A DNA stretch of 64,000 bases from Longimicrobiales bacterium (GCA_963664435.2 CAXXKM010000003.1:416001-480000); one strand, 5' to 3'; counted from the first letter of the stretch, positions 1 to 10,030 are shown. Numbers and translations: made by a program. The notes: generated from the sequence alone by a model not told the origin.

Positions 1-2488
1 CCGCCAGCTGCACAACGGGATGGTGTGCGGCGAGGAACTCGGTATCAGTGTGGTCGAAGGCGATCTCGGAATCAAACGTAACCGGCACCTGCTTGGAAAG
101 CGCCTTATGTAGGAATCGCTGGCGCGCAGCGCTGGGTGCCAGGTGCCGCACAGCCATGTCGAACTGGGGGGTCACGTGGAGGGTACGCACCCCCTCGCGG
201 CGCGCCGGACTCAAGCGCACTCGCGGGTATACACGTTCAAGAAAACCTCGAACGAACGCCTCGCGATCTGCTGCACCGAGGAATTCTCCACCACGAATTA
301 TGCGATCTAGCTGATCTTCGAAGTAGCCATCTCCGCTGACCAATCTGTTGGCTTCGGCTTCGAGTTTCTCAAGTTCGCGGCGGCGGTTCTCAATTGCGCG
401 GGCAGTTTTATCGATTCGTTCGTTCTCTTGCTCGGGGGTGAGACGGCGTGACAGCAGATCGCGCGTAAGGCGTCGGATCTCTTCGCCTATGATCGCTTCG
501 AGATCGCCAAGTGTGCGCTCGAAAACACCGATCCTGTGGTAGAGGCGAGCGAGCACTCGATCCTCAATAGTATCGGTGAGTGTGAAGTTGAAGATGAGGA
601 TTCGATCGGACTCCTGCCCAAGTCGGTCAACACGCCCGATCCGCTGTTCTATCTTCATCGGGTTCCAAGGCAGGTCGTAGTTGATAACGATGTGGCAGAA
701 TTGGAAATCGAGGCCTTCGCTGCCAACTTCCGAGGAGAGCAGTAGACGGACGCTTGGTTCTTCGCGGAATCGCCACATTCGCTTGCCGCGCTCGTCGCGT
801 TCTGGGTGTCGAGGATCGCTCGTGATCCCGCCATGGATCAACTCGCACGTGATTCCGTCGTGGTCCAATCGCTTCTTCAGGTATTTCAAGGTCGGTTTAT
901 AATAAGCAAATAGAATAATCTTCCTGCCGGGTTCCTCTTCATCAAGGTTCTTGAGGAGGCGCCGAAGTTGCTCGTACTTTGTGTCGGTGTTCCCTAGGCT
1001 TCGGGCGGCGTCGACCACCCTCTGGGTAATCTCGACCGAAAAAGTATGGGCAATATCTTCAAGATCGTGTGTCTCGGCGTCAAGTACATCCTCAAGACTC
1101 CATGTCGCCCTTCGCAAGAACCGGTTGCGGACGGCGGGCATGCAGGACGCGGCCTGTCGCTGCGCTCCCATGACTGCAAAGTATCTGATTGCACCCTTGT
1201 CGCTGGGAGCGTTGTCGCGGACGAATTCGGTAACTGCATCATAGAACTCGCGTTCCGGCAGGGTAAGGGCGATGGGGATTACCCGTGCAGTCCGAATGGT
1301 GGCATCAGGGAATACATCACGCTTCTTGGTGCGCGAGAAAATATGGCTCAGAAGACTGAGCTCCTCGAGGTCGTGCTGCAAGTCCGCGGCCCATGCGTGC
1401 CCGTTGTCGTCAGCGGACTCGGGAGGAGTTCGGATCTCCCGCCGGACGCGATCGTAAATCGGGTTGCCACCGAAGAAGCTTGCTCGTCCACCCATCCCGA
1501 GACTCTCGATCCGGTTCCGAATCTCATCGATGGGAGGCGGGACCGCCCGGGCCAGTCGCTGCGCTTCGACGACCGGTTCATTCGCGCGCAAGCGCTCCTG
1601 GAAGACTTCAAAATCATCAAACTCTGAGTCATCGAGCAACTGAAAGAGGTTGAAGAGGTTTTCCTCGCCGAGTTGTATGGGCGTGGCAGTCAGGAAGAGT
1701 ACAGCGTGGGCACCCCGGGCGAGAGCTCGGACCGTGCGGTGGCTGAGCGTCTGACGATTGCGGAGGTGGTGAGCTTCATCGACGATCAGGAGATCGAGTG
1801 GAAGCGGGGTTTCATTGAGGAGTTCGAGATGATCCTCATTGCGTACAGCCTGGAGCGAGATGATGTCCCGAGCTTCGGGAAGGTCTCCCAGTTGGGCGAG
1901 TTGTCGAAGCTGCTCCCGAAATTCGGCTGCCACGAGGATCTTGAACTCCTCATCGAATCGATGCCACATCTCTTCGCGCCATTTCAGGCACAGCGCGGCC
2001 GGGCAGACAACCAGCACGCGACGGAGAGCCCTCCGAGCCCTTTGTTCGATCAACACCAAACCTGCTTCGATCGTCTTTCCCAGCCCGACCTCATCCGCGA
2101 TTAGGAGACGTTGGTCAGGTGAGTCGAGGAACTTGAGGAGCGGCTTGTATTGATGCGGATAGAACGCAGTACGGGAACCCTGCAATGAGTATAATGTGTT
2201 GTCGAGCGGCGTATCGAGTTTGTGGAAGGTCACGAGTCGCAGGAAATCGTCCTTGTCGCCGAAAGCGTGCCTGAGTAGGAGTTGGTCTGGCGAGACTTGC
2301 GCTTCGAAGCTTGTGAGATCCGCTTCGTGGGAGACGATGAGTCCCCCTGCATGGAGCCTGATGCGATACCAGTAGGCACCGCCAAGCAGGTTGGGAGGCC
2401 GTATGACGTGCCCCACCTTCGAGCGGTCGCTGCGTAGCTGGACCTGGTCGTCCTGGGCGAAGCGCGGAATCGGAGTCGAGGGGGTCAT
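1..2488 (-). CDS. SNF2/RapA-like superfamily 2 helicase (3' end runs off the window; not in the ORF track)
   Basis: Manual minus-strand translation from ATG 2488 (MTPSTPIPRF...) gives YPHQYKP..LLIADEVGLGKTIEAG (motif I), LIVDEAHHLRN (DEAH), LLTATP, SEVGSEGLDFQ and NYDLPWNPMKIEQRIGRVDRLGQ (motif VI). The + strand ORFs here are its antisense shadow. Confidence 0.92.
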   Translation of the reverse strand, partial: MTPSTPIPRFAQDDQVQLRSDRSKVGHVIRPPNLLGGAYWYRIRLHAGGLIVSHEADLTSFEAQVSPDQLLLRHAFGDKDDFLRLVTFHKLDTPLDNTLYSLQGSRTAFYPHQYKPLLKFLDSPDQRLLIADEVGLGKTIEAGLVLIEQRARRALRRVLVVCPAALCLKWREEMWHRFDEEFKILVAAEFREQLRQLAQLGDLPEARDIISLQAVRNEDHLELLNETPLPLDLLIVDEAHHLRNRQTLSHRTVRALARGAHAVLFLTATPIQLGEENLFNLFQLLDDSEFDDFEVFQERLRANEPVVEAQRLARAVPPPIDEIRNRIESLGMGGRASFFGGNPIYDRVRREIRTPPESADDNGHAWAADLQHDLEELSLLSHIFSRTKKRDVFPDATIRTARVIPIALTLPEREFYDAVTEFVRDNAPSDKGAIRYFAVMGAQRQAASCMPAVRNRFLRRATWSLEDVLDAETHDLEDIAHTFSVEITQRVVDAARSLGNTDTKYEQLRRLLKNLDEEEPGRKIILFAYYKPTLKYLKKRLDHDGITCELIHGGITSDPRHPERDERGKRMWRFREEPSVRLLLSSEVGSEGLDFQFCHIVINYDLPWNPMKIEQRIGRVDRLGQESDRILIFNFTLTDTIEDRVLARLYHRIGVFERTLGDLEAIIGEEIRRLTRDLLSRRLTPEQENERIDKTARAIENRRRELEKLEAEANRLVSGDGYFEDQLDRIIRGGEFLGAADREAFVRGFLERVYPRVRLSPARREGVRTLHVTPQFDMAVRHLAPSAARQRFLHKALSKQVPVTFDSEIAFDHTDTEFLAAHHPVVQLA

Positions 2489-2512
2489 CAGCAGGCGCAG
2501 GCCGAGGGAATC

Positions 2513-3550
2513 TTATGCCAATAGTTCAAGTAGTTTCCGTAGTTTTCCGATCTTATCCAAGTTCTCCGACGACAAGTCGTCCGGGCTGAAATGCATGATC
2601 TCGTTCCGCACGTCCCTGACGTCACGTAGGAGCTTGACGAACACGCGGCGATCAAGGGGCAGCGTGAGCCGGTGCCAGTTCTTGCGCGCCTCGACCAAAC
2701 GAATGTATTCGCCAAAACTCAGATCCGCTGCGCTTCTGATCTGCCGTCTGTCGTCCCGAGGATCTCTGGCTTCCGCCATCTCTTCTCTGGAGAACACCTC
2801 ATCGATGAGCAGTCGTAACCGGTATTCGATCTCCTGAAGTAGCAGGAACGGAGCGGCTAACTCGTGGTATTTGAGGCTGAGGTCGCTGGTCGTGACGATG
2901 CCCGTAATTCTCTTATCAGGTCCCAAGACGAGCACGGCCTCCTGTTGCGCGATCTCCGCGACAGCGTCGAGGAGAGGAGTATCTAGTTCGACCGTCGAGT
3001 AGTCCTTATCGAGGCAATTTCGCACGTACTCGCAATCTGCATCCTCCTTCTTCGTTCTTGCGACACCAATCGAGCGCCAACTGATCATGCCGTCGATTCG
3101 ACGCAGATCTTGGGTAACGGGTAGTTGGGAATAGTTGTGATACATCATCTTGGTGACCGCGGCCGACAAGTTGTTATCGCGCTTGACGGACACAACTCCG
3201 CTGGTCGCCGCGGGCAGCATGCCCACATACAACGCAGGGTCCTTGGCTTGCGCCTCGGTATCTCTGGTGTCGCGAATAGACTCATCTTCCCCATTGTCGA
3301 CGTCGCCCTCGCCATTGGAAGGCTTCGCAGTTGCTAGTGAGAGATTTACGAATGCATCTATCCCGACGGTAGCGAAGTCAGGATCGGTGCTGAGGCCGAG
3401 GTCTTGCAGAGCGCGCCGGATGATCCAGACTACGGAAGAACCGCGGCGCTTGTGCCCGAACCAGGAGAGTAGGGTTCTTACCTTGACCCGGCGGCGGCTC
3501 CCGGCTTGCACGGACTGGGCGGCATCGATTAGTTGGGCGGGAATCGACAT
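2513..3550 (-). CDS. CBS-domain protein with C-terminal HEPN (Swt1-like) RxxxxH motif
   Basis: Tandem CBS pair (MMYHNYSQLPV..GMISWRSI; AVLVLGPDKRITGIVTTSDL), then LLQEIEYRLR..DLSFGEY..VRDVRNEIMH. Start taken at ATG 3550 (ORF track opens at 3619). Confidence 0.75.
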   Translation of the reverse strand: MSIPAQLIDAAQSVQAGSRRRVKVRTLLSWFGHKRRGSSVVWIIRRALQDLGLSTDPDFATVGIDAFVNLSLATAKPSNGEGDVDNGEDESIRDTRDTEAQAKDPALYVGMLPAATSGVVSVKRDNNLSAAVTKMMYHNYSQLPVTQDLRRIDGMISWRSIGVARTKKEDADCEYVRNCLDKDYSTVELDTPLLDAVAEIAQQEAVLVLGPDKRITGIVTTSDLSLKYHELAAPFLLLQEIEYRLRLLIDEVFSREEMAEARDPRDDRRQIRSAADLSFGEYIRLVEARKNWHRLTLPLDRRVFVKLLRDVRDVRNEIMHFSPDDLSSENLDKIGKLRKLLELLA

Positions 3551-3737
3551 GTTTGTTGACGCGTGGATGAAGTTCACCAAGAGCCGAGAGACGGTAGCAG
3601 GAATGATGGCTCTTGGCAACGTGGAAGCTCGGAGCTGAATGACAACTGGGTCACCGTCGGAACGGTGTCAAATAGCAAGACGATCCTCAGGAGCACTGCA
3701 CTGCTCCCAGCCGCCCTGCTTGAGTACCACTCAACAG

Positions 3738-6700
3738 TCAACCCAGGATCACCCGGTCGATCACCGATGCGATCGCCGCCGCATCTAGCCCTCCGCCCGG
3801 CTCGTCGCGCGTTTCGATCAGCGTTCCTTCCAGGCCTTCACCGACTTCCGGCGGTCGGATACCGCATTCCAGGTACTCGGCCCGCTTCTTCTCCCATCGG
3901 GTCCGGTACCCATGATCGTCGAGCATCCCGAGATGCTCCCAGTAGAACGTCACGCCCATCGCGTCGTCGGCGATCGTGAAATCCGGGTAGCGCGTGCGTC
4001 CATCGGGAAGCACGAGTGGCTGCTCGTAGGCGTAGTCGATCCCACGGGCGTGAAGCTTGTCAGCGATCACCAGCTCCGACTTCGAGCGTACGAGGTCACC
4101 GCGCTCCGTTCGATGAATCAGCCCTTCCTCGAGGAAGCGTTGCTGGGCGTCTACGGTTACTTCGCGCGGTAGCGGATCCGCGAAGAGGTTCGTCATGCGG
4201 CGAGCGATCTCCGAGTGTTCGTCACCGGGCATAGCGACGATACTCGACAAACGGCCCCTGATGAAGGATGACCAACCGATTCTGGTGGCGCGTTAGCGCC
4301 GTGTACAGTAGCTCGCGGGAGAGCAGCCAGCAGGGGTTGGAGATCACGACGAACGTGATGCCAAATTCGCTGCCCTGCGTTTTGTGAACCGTCAGGCAGT
4401 ATGCCAACTCGAGCGGGTTGATGGCCTCGTCCCCGAATTCGCCGGGGTTGAAGCGATACTTGGGTCCAAGCTGGCTGGCGAACTCGACCTCAAGTTTCCG
4501 CGGCAGGCCTTTGAACTTCCTCGTCTTGTATTGCCCAACAACGATGCCAATGTCGCCGTTGGCTAGGTAAGCTTCTCCAGCGGGCTTCGGCCAGACGTCG
4601 CGCCGGCGCTGGTTGATGACGTTGATTACTTTGTCGCCGTAGAGGAGCATCTGTGGACCCATCGGGCGTGGCATCTTGCGGCCCCAACCCTCCACGTCTG
4701 CAGCTTCGCGCGCCTTCGCCCGGAATCGCTTCTGGAGCATCCGGTTCAGCGCATCAACTCCCACGAGCCCGGCGCGTACAGGCGAAAGCATCTGCCAACC
4801 TTCCGCGCGTGCGGCGGCCCCCGGTCTGTCGCCGAAGCGGCTCCAGAAGAAGGCCCATGGAATGTCCCGATAACGCGCACCGCCCAAGGATTCCTCGAAT
4901 CCCAGTTCGTCGTCCGGCCCGGCGAGATCAAGCGCCTCGACCAACTCTGCGACAAGCTTCTCTTGAAGCTCCTCCGGGTGGTCCCACCGTACGAGGCGAA
5001 GACCTCCGCCTATTCGCCCGTCGCCCGCATCCAGCACGGCATCTGCGCCAGGATCGAGCGGCTGCCCGCTGAAATGCGATGCCAACAGGACATCGGCCCG
5101 GGCCGTGCCGCGCTGACGCCGGGGGATCGTAAGCTCGGCGTAGCTTGGCCCACAGCGTGGAAAAGGGGTCTCGAAGGTGTCGGGCTCCAACTCTTGGCAA
5201 ATGTCCACGAAGGGGCGACCCGCCCCGATAGGCGGGAGCTGGCGCGGATCCCCGACGAGCACGAGACGCTCGACGTTGCTGAGGGAGTCGATCAGCGCTG
5301 CGAGCTGTTCTTCGGTCAGCATCGAACACTCGTCCACCACCACGGTCCGGTAGTGGCTACAGCGAGGCGCCATCGCCTTGGGAAAGTAGGCGCTTGTCTC
5401 CGCGTCGTAGCGCTGCTGCCGGATAAGAAACTGCGCCAGCGTCTGGCCGGAACCCCGCATGCCGGTCTCGTCTTCCAAGCGCACACGAGCCTTGCCGGTG
5501 GGTGCGAGAAGCAGCAGCCCCTTCTCCGTAAGCCCGGGAAGCGAGCAGAGCATTCTCAGCAGTGTTGTCTTGCCCGTCCCTGCCGGGCCGATCAGCACAC
5601 ACAGACGTGAACGGAAAAGCTGCTCGAGCGCCGTCGCCTTCTCTCGCCGAGCGCGCTCCTCCAGCGCACGTTCGTTCCGATCCACGGGTAATGGATCACC
5701 AAGTCCCACATCCACGAGTCTACGCCAGTCGAGATCGACCAAGTGCGGCCTGCCCTTTTTTCGGCGCAGTACTTCGCGGCGGATGATCGTACGACACTCC
5801 GCGAGCCGGTCGACCTGATAAGCAGGCTCGTTCGCGCGGGTTGCTGCGCGGGTAACAACTGGCGCGAAGCTCTTCGCGCAAGCGTCGAGCACGTTCTCGC
5901 CGAGCGGGCAAGGCGGCTGGAGCGCGTGCTCCCGCGCCCTGCGGATGACCCAGCTTCGAGGGAGCAGGGTGTGTCCCTCGACCGCCGCCTTCTCTAAGAG
6001 ATCCACGACCAGTGCACGCACCCGCCGTTCGTCCGCCGGATCTTCGATGCGGCTCGGTTCCGCCAAGGGGAACTGCTCCCTCACGGTCTCGTCCGGGAAA
6101 AGGCCGCGGTCCACACTGCCAAACGCGATGGGGTCGGCGGAGCGCCTGTCGCGCTCGAAGATCAGGTACGGGTTGCGCAGGAGTTCTGTATCGTTGATCT
6201 GGAGACCGGCCTCCGCCCGCTCCGCGGTGTCGTAGACACGCAGCGCCTGTTTCTCTGAGATCGCGCAGCGGCTGAGGAGTTGGAGCAGGTCCCGCCGCTC
6301 TGCCGAGAGCCGCTTCCAGCCCCTCCGTAGCCCGTGCGTGAGGAGTTTCACCATGGGCCCACCGAGCCTCGCCGGATCTGCCATCACGGCGTCCACGAGC
6401 ACCCACGGATCGTCGCCGCCTCCGCGCTCCCGCAGCAACTCGATCTCGTACGCGAGCAGGCTACCGTGCTGGAAGCCCCACTCGTAGCCGAACGCCGAGA
6501 GCGCTGATCCCAAGCTGGGGAACGCACCACGCGCCTTCCAAAGCCGGTTGAGTTGCTTTCCGATCCATGCGATCGCCTGCTCCCACGGGCCATCGATTCG
6601 GCCGCGGACGCGGTGCAGCGTCGCAGCGCAGGCCACAAGGGACGCCACGGCACCGTCATGAGTTAGGAGCTCAGAGCCGTATGAGTAGGCGTCGAAGTGC

Positions 6701-7548
6701 TCGTCTGGAGCAAACGCCACGAACTCCTCGGGGTCGATCCCCTCGCGTTCGGCAAGAGCGAGTGCCTCCTGGTACGGAAAGAGGAAGCCATCCCCGAAGC
6801 CTGGTCGGACAGAATGGCCCACATTGCGCTCCCAAAGCACGCACCGTAGCGGTCGTCTTTCGCCCTTGTAGGCATACTCAGTATGGTCGCCTAAGGAGAG
6901 AACACGGCCCGCCCCGATGATCACACGGCGGGACTGTTCCGACAGCGGGGTGCGCTTCGCGTAGAAGAAGCAGAGCGATTCCTCTGGCCTGAGCGCGCTG
7001 AAAAAGGTGTCGAGCAGTGCGAGTTGGTTCTCGCGCTCCTGTACCCACGCCGTCTCCACCTGTTTGCCTTGGTGACTGCGGATGTCGGGTTCTCGGTCCG
7101 GCACCCAGCCGATCTTCAGTCGCTCGGCGATCCCTACCTCATTGTCCCTGGCGTTCCCCTCGACCTTCTCGCGCAGCATCCATCGAAACGGTACGCAAGC
7201 CGCAGAGTACGCCGGCTGGACGAAGCGGGTTGGAGCGAAATGACCGTGCGTCTCGGGGTAGAATCCCGTGTACGGATGGGTCATCGTCCGCGGGAGGTCG
7301 AAGGGAGCCATGAACGAGACACGCTCGCCTACACACGGTGGCAGGTCAGCGCGGTCAAGCGCGTCTAGCCGCTGGCCAGCACAGCGCGTTTCTATTTCGT
7401 CGCGTCGGCCTTCGCCGATGCGGGGCAGGATGAGGCAGCTTGAGTTGTCTAGGGGTCGGGCACATACCGTGCCAGTCCAGCCCCCGTCGTGCCATGGGAC
7501 ACGGATGGTGATGTGGTGAGGTGGTAGTTCGCGAGCGTCGGCAATCAT
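3738..7548 (-). pseudogene. RecD-like SF1B helicase with C-terminal PD-(D/E)xK-type nuclease, split by a 1-nt frameshift near 4227-4229
   Basis: ORF 4222-7548 has GPAGTGKT, VVVDECSM, LVGDPRQLPPIG, AYCLTVHKTQGSEF and ELLYTALTR. ORF 3738-4250 has RSKSELVIAD..YEQPL..PDFTI..YWEHLGM. Removing one base gives continuous YRRYAGDEHSEIARRMTNLF. Confidence 0.8.
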
Positions 7549-7552
7549 CTAC

Positions 7553-7747
7553 TCAACTCCCGGCAACAAAAGGTGCCTCCTGCAAGCGATTGGGATTCTG
7601 AACGACAAAGAACTTGACGAGGTATCCAACATTCTCCGAGGTCCACAGACTCTTCTCCGTGAACACGGATCCGTCGTCTCGAAGGCAGCGGTCCCGCCAA
7701 CGGGCAGCTGCACGCAGAACAGGGTGGTCGGGCGATGGTTTGGGCAT
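7553..7747 (-). pseudogene. Truncated N-terminus of an McrB-like AAA+ restriction protein
   Basis: HPVLRAAARWRDRCLRDDGSVFTEKSLWTSEN resembles, from memory, N-termini of McrB-family proteins. Only 64 aa with no AAA motifs. Confidence 0.4.
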
Positions 7748-8005
7748 TGCGCTGTGGACCCCGGGGATGGGTAAGCTGATGTTGGTCGAACGCGTCCTCG
7801 TGTGTCCCCGGCTCTACCGAATCGGCATATCGACAGACCTACCCTTGCATGCCATCTTGCGTGAGGCAAGTCGCGACGACCTCGTCCAGGCCACCTCCCG
7901 CGGCGTCTTGGACGCGTCGACGGACACCATCGATCAAGCGGTCCGGGTGGTCGAAGCCCTCCTCGACCGGGAAGACCCGAAAAAGGAAACGGCGTGCAGC
8001 CCGAG

Positions 8006-8932
8006 ATGACTCCCGAACGATTCCTGCGGCTGGTGAACGACATCACCATCTGGAAGAAGGGTAGTCAGCGGGCACCCCACAAACCGCTCCTGCTTCTTCT
8101 TATGCTTGGTCGCTCCTTCCATGGCGAGGTACGCCTGATTCCATTCACCGAGGCGGAGACGCGCTTTGGAGAGTTGTGGCGCAGATTCGGCCCGCCGAGG
8201 CGAGGGCTCGTCCAGTATCCGTTTCGATATCTCGAGAACGACGGCATCTGGGAAATCCCCCGAGTATCCGAGCTGCCTTCGTGGGACACGGACTATCTGC
8301 GTTTGACGGACCTGAGAAAGCATGATGTCGAGGGAGGATTCACTCGCGAGGTCTCCGAATTGCTGGAGTCCGACCCGGAGTTGGCTCTCAGAGCCGCCAG
8401 ACTCCTCCTCGCAGGCCATTTCCCGATCTCTCTGCACGACGAGATTCTCGAAGCCGTCGGCCTCTCCCACGACCTGTGGGTGCCGGGATTACCCCGCCTG
8501 CGCGAGCCCGGCAAGAAGCAACGAATGGTGGTCTACCGCAGACCGCGACGCCTGGTATTCCGCAAGGAGGTGTTGGAGGCGTACGACGAGCGCTGCGCGA
8601 TCTGCGACTTCGATCTCCGGATCAATGACGAACTGCTGGGACTCGAGGCCGCGCACATCCAGTGGCACTCCCACAACGGGCCGGACAATGTGTTCAACGG
8701 CTTGGCCCTCTGTCTGCTTCATCACCGGGCGCTCGATCGAGGCGCGGTTGGACTGGAAGCCAAGGGCAAGGGCTATCGCGTGCTGGTCTCCGGCCACGTC
8801 CGGGGAAGCAAACCCAGCGAGAGCCTCCTCTCCGATTCCTCAGGGCAGCTCATTCGGCCTCCGCAAAGCAGACTGCACGTGCCTCATCGCACCTTCGTTG
8901 ACTGGCACCGGGCGCAGGTCTTCCGGAACTGA
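8006..8932 (+). CDS. SBD-HNH endonuclease (phosphorothioated-DNA-dependent type IV restriction enzyme family)
   Basis: N-terminal RAPHKPLLLL and YPFRYLENDGIW sulfur-binding-domain motifs. C-terminal CAIC..LEAAHI..NGLALCLLHH HNH motif. Confidence 0.82.
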   Translation: MTPERFLRLVNDITIWKKGSQRAPHKPLLLLLMLGRSFHGEVRLIPFTEAETRFGELWRRFGPPRRGLVQYPFRYLENDGIWEIPRVSELPSWDTDYLRLTDLRKHDVEGGFTREVSELLESDPELALRAARLLLAGHFPISLHDEILEAVGLSHDLWVPGLPRLREPGKKQRMVVYRRPRRLVFRKEVLEAYDERCAICDFDLRINDELLGLEAAHIQWHSHNGPDNVFNGLALCLLHHRALDRGAVGLEAKGKGYRVLVSGHVRGSKPSESLLSDSSGQLIRPPQSRLHVPHRTFVDWHRAQVFRN

Positions 8933-9430
8933 AGCCCCGCTCGACCAAGACAGTACCAGGAAGAAGGAAAAAATGAGCCCTCGCGAGCGCGAGGTCCGGC
9001 AATGCCCCACCGACCGCCTCTCCCACCTGAGCGTCACCAGCGTCCCGATCGATCCCGTCCGGATCGCCCGCCGGCAGGGGACTCGCCGTCGAACAAGGGC
9101 CCCTTCCCTCCGGGGTCTACGGGGCGCTCTGGAAGAAGGGCAACCGGCCAAGACAGAACACCGCAATACGACGTAAACGTATTAGTGATAGTGGTTTCCG
9201 AGATGCTATCACCCGGAGTTGAGGACAGCTTGCGAGGAGGATTACCACGGTTCTTGCGCCGAAATCGCGGAAAAAACGTGGCCCCCGGAACGCCAATTGC
9301 CACTCCAGGCGAACGGCGAGCGGCTTGACATGAAGGCTGGAGCGCCCCCACTCTGCTTGGCGTCGGGATGACGGCGGTTACCCAACGGCTCACCAACCCA
9401 CTGACGGTCCCCCGCATTCCGGGGGCTTGT

Positions 9431-9504
9431 GGCCAGATAGCTCAGCTGGATAGAGCACCGGTTTGCTAAACCGGGGGTCGGGGGTTCGAGTCCCCCTCTG
9501 GGTC
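9431..9504 (+). tRNA. Atypical tRNA/pseudo-tRNA, anticodon GCT, short variable loop, Arg-like D-loop
   Basis: Cloverleaf GGCCAGA-TA-GCTC AGCTGGATA GAGC-A-CCGGT TTGCTAA ACCGG-GGGTC-GGGGG TTCGAGT CCCCC-TCTGGGTC. Acceptor stem imperfect, no encoded CCA. Confidence 0.8.
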
Positions 9505-9531
9505 TGGGATAGCCGCCGTCACCTCGGCCCG

Positions 9532-9690
9532 CTAGAGCCCAGTCAGCGCCCGCGCGTCGGAATCGCTCATGCCAGCTTCCGTCAGCGCCTTGCAGGCTGT
9601 CGCGCGCCCCTGAATGTCATGGGCATGGAGATCCCGGCGAAGTCGATAGTGACCTCCGGCTCCAGCTTCTCAGCGCCGAGCGCCCGTCGG
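9532..9690 (-). pseudogene. Possible phage portal protein C-terminal remnant
   Basis: Frameshifted EKLEPEVTIDFAG / LHAHDIQGRATACKALTEAGMSDSDARALTGL* resembles portal C-termini (recalled similarity only). Confidence 0.3.
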
Positions 9691-10030
9691 ATTCAAGGGA
9701 CCTTTTCCGCGTCCAGAACAGGGCGAACAAATACACAATCGTACGGGTTTACGAGAGAGCGAGGTTGCAGGGGTGGAGCATCAGGTGGAAGCGCTCCCAC
9801 CCGACATAGGCTTCGGAATCCACCTTCTAGTACCCGGCCCGCTTGAGGTGCTTCTGGACGCACCCCCGGGACTTGTGTTACCGGCCATGCAAAACTTCAC
9901 AGATGTGGCCGTCCAAATCTGCACACTTCCGGGCCCGAGGGGCGGCTGCGGTAGAGGGTTGGATCCGAGGTTTGCGGGTGTTGCGGGACTGCTGGGCAAT
10001 CTTGCGTCTCCATTGAACGGAGGAGGCGCA

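Noticed and set aside
536..2153. Plus-strand ORFs 536-745, 1046-1627 and 1673-2104
   Set aside because: Antisense shadows of the SNF2 helicase reading frame.
1..2488. SNF2 helicase as DISARM DrmD or a BREX component
   Set aside because: No drmA/B/C, methylase or pglZ genes in the window. Motifs are generic SNF2, and the left flank is unseen.
9325..9354. TTGACA upstream of the atypical tRNA as its promoter
   Set aside because: The -10 candidate (CACTCT) is weak, so it cannot be supported from sequence alone.
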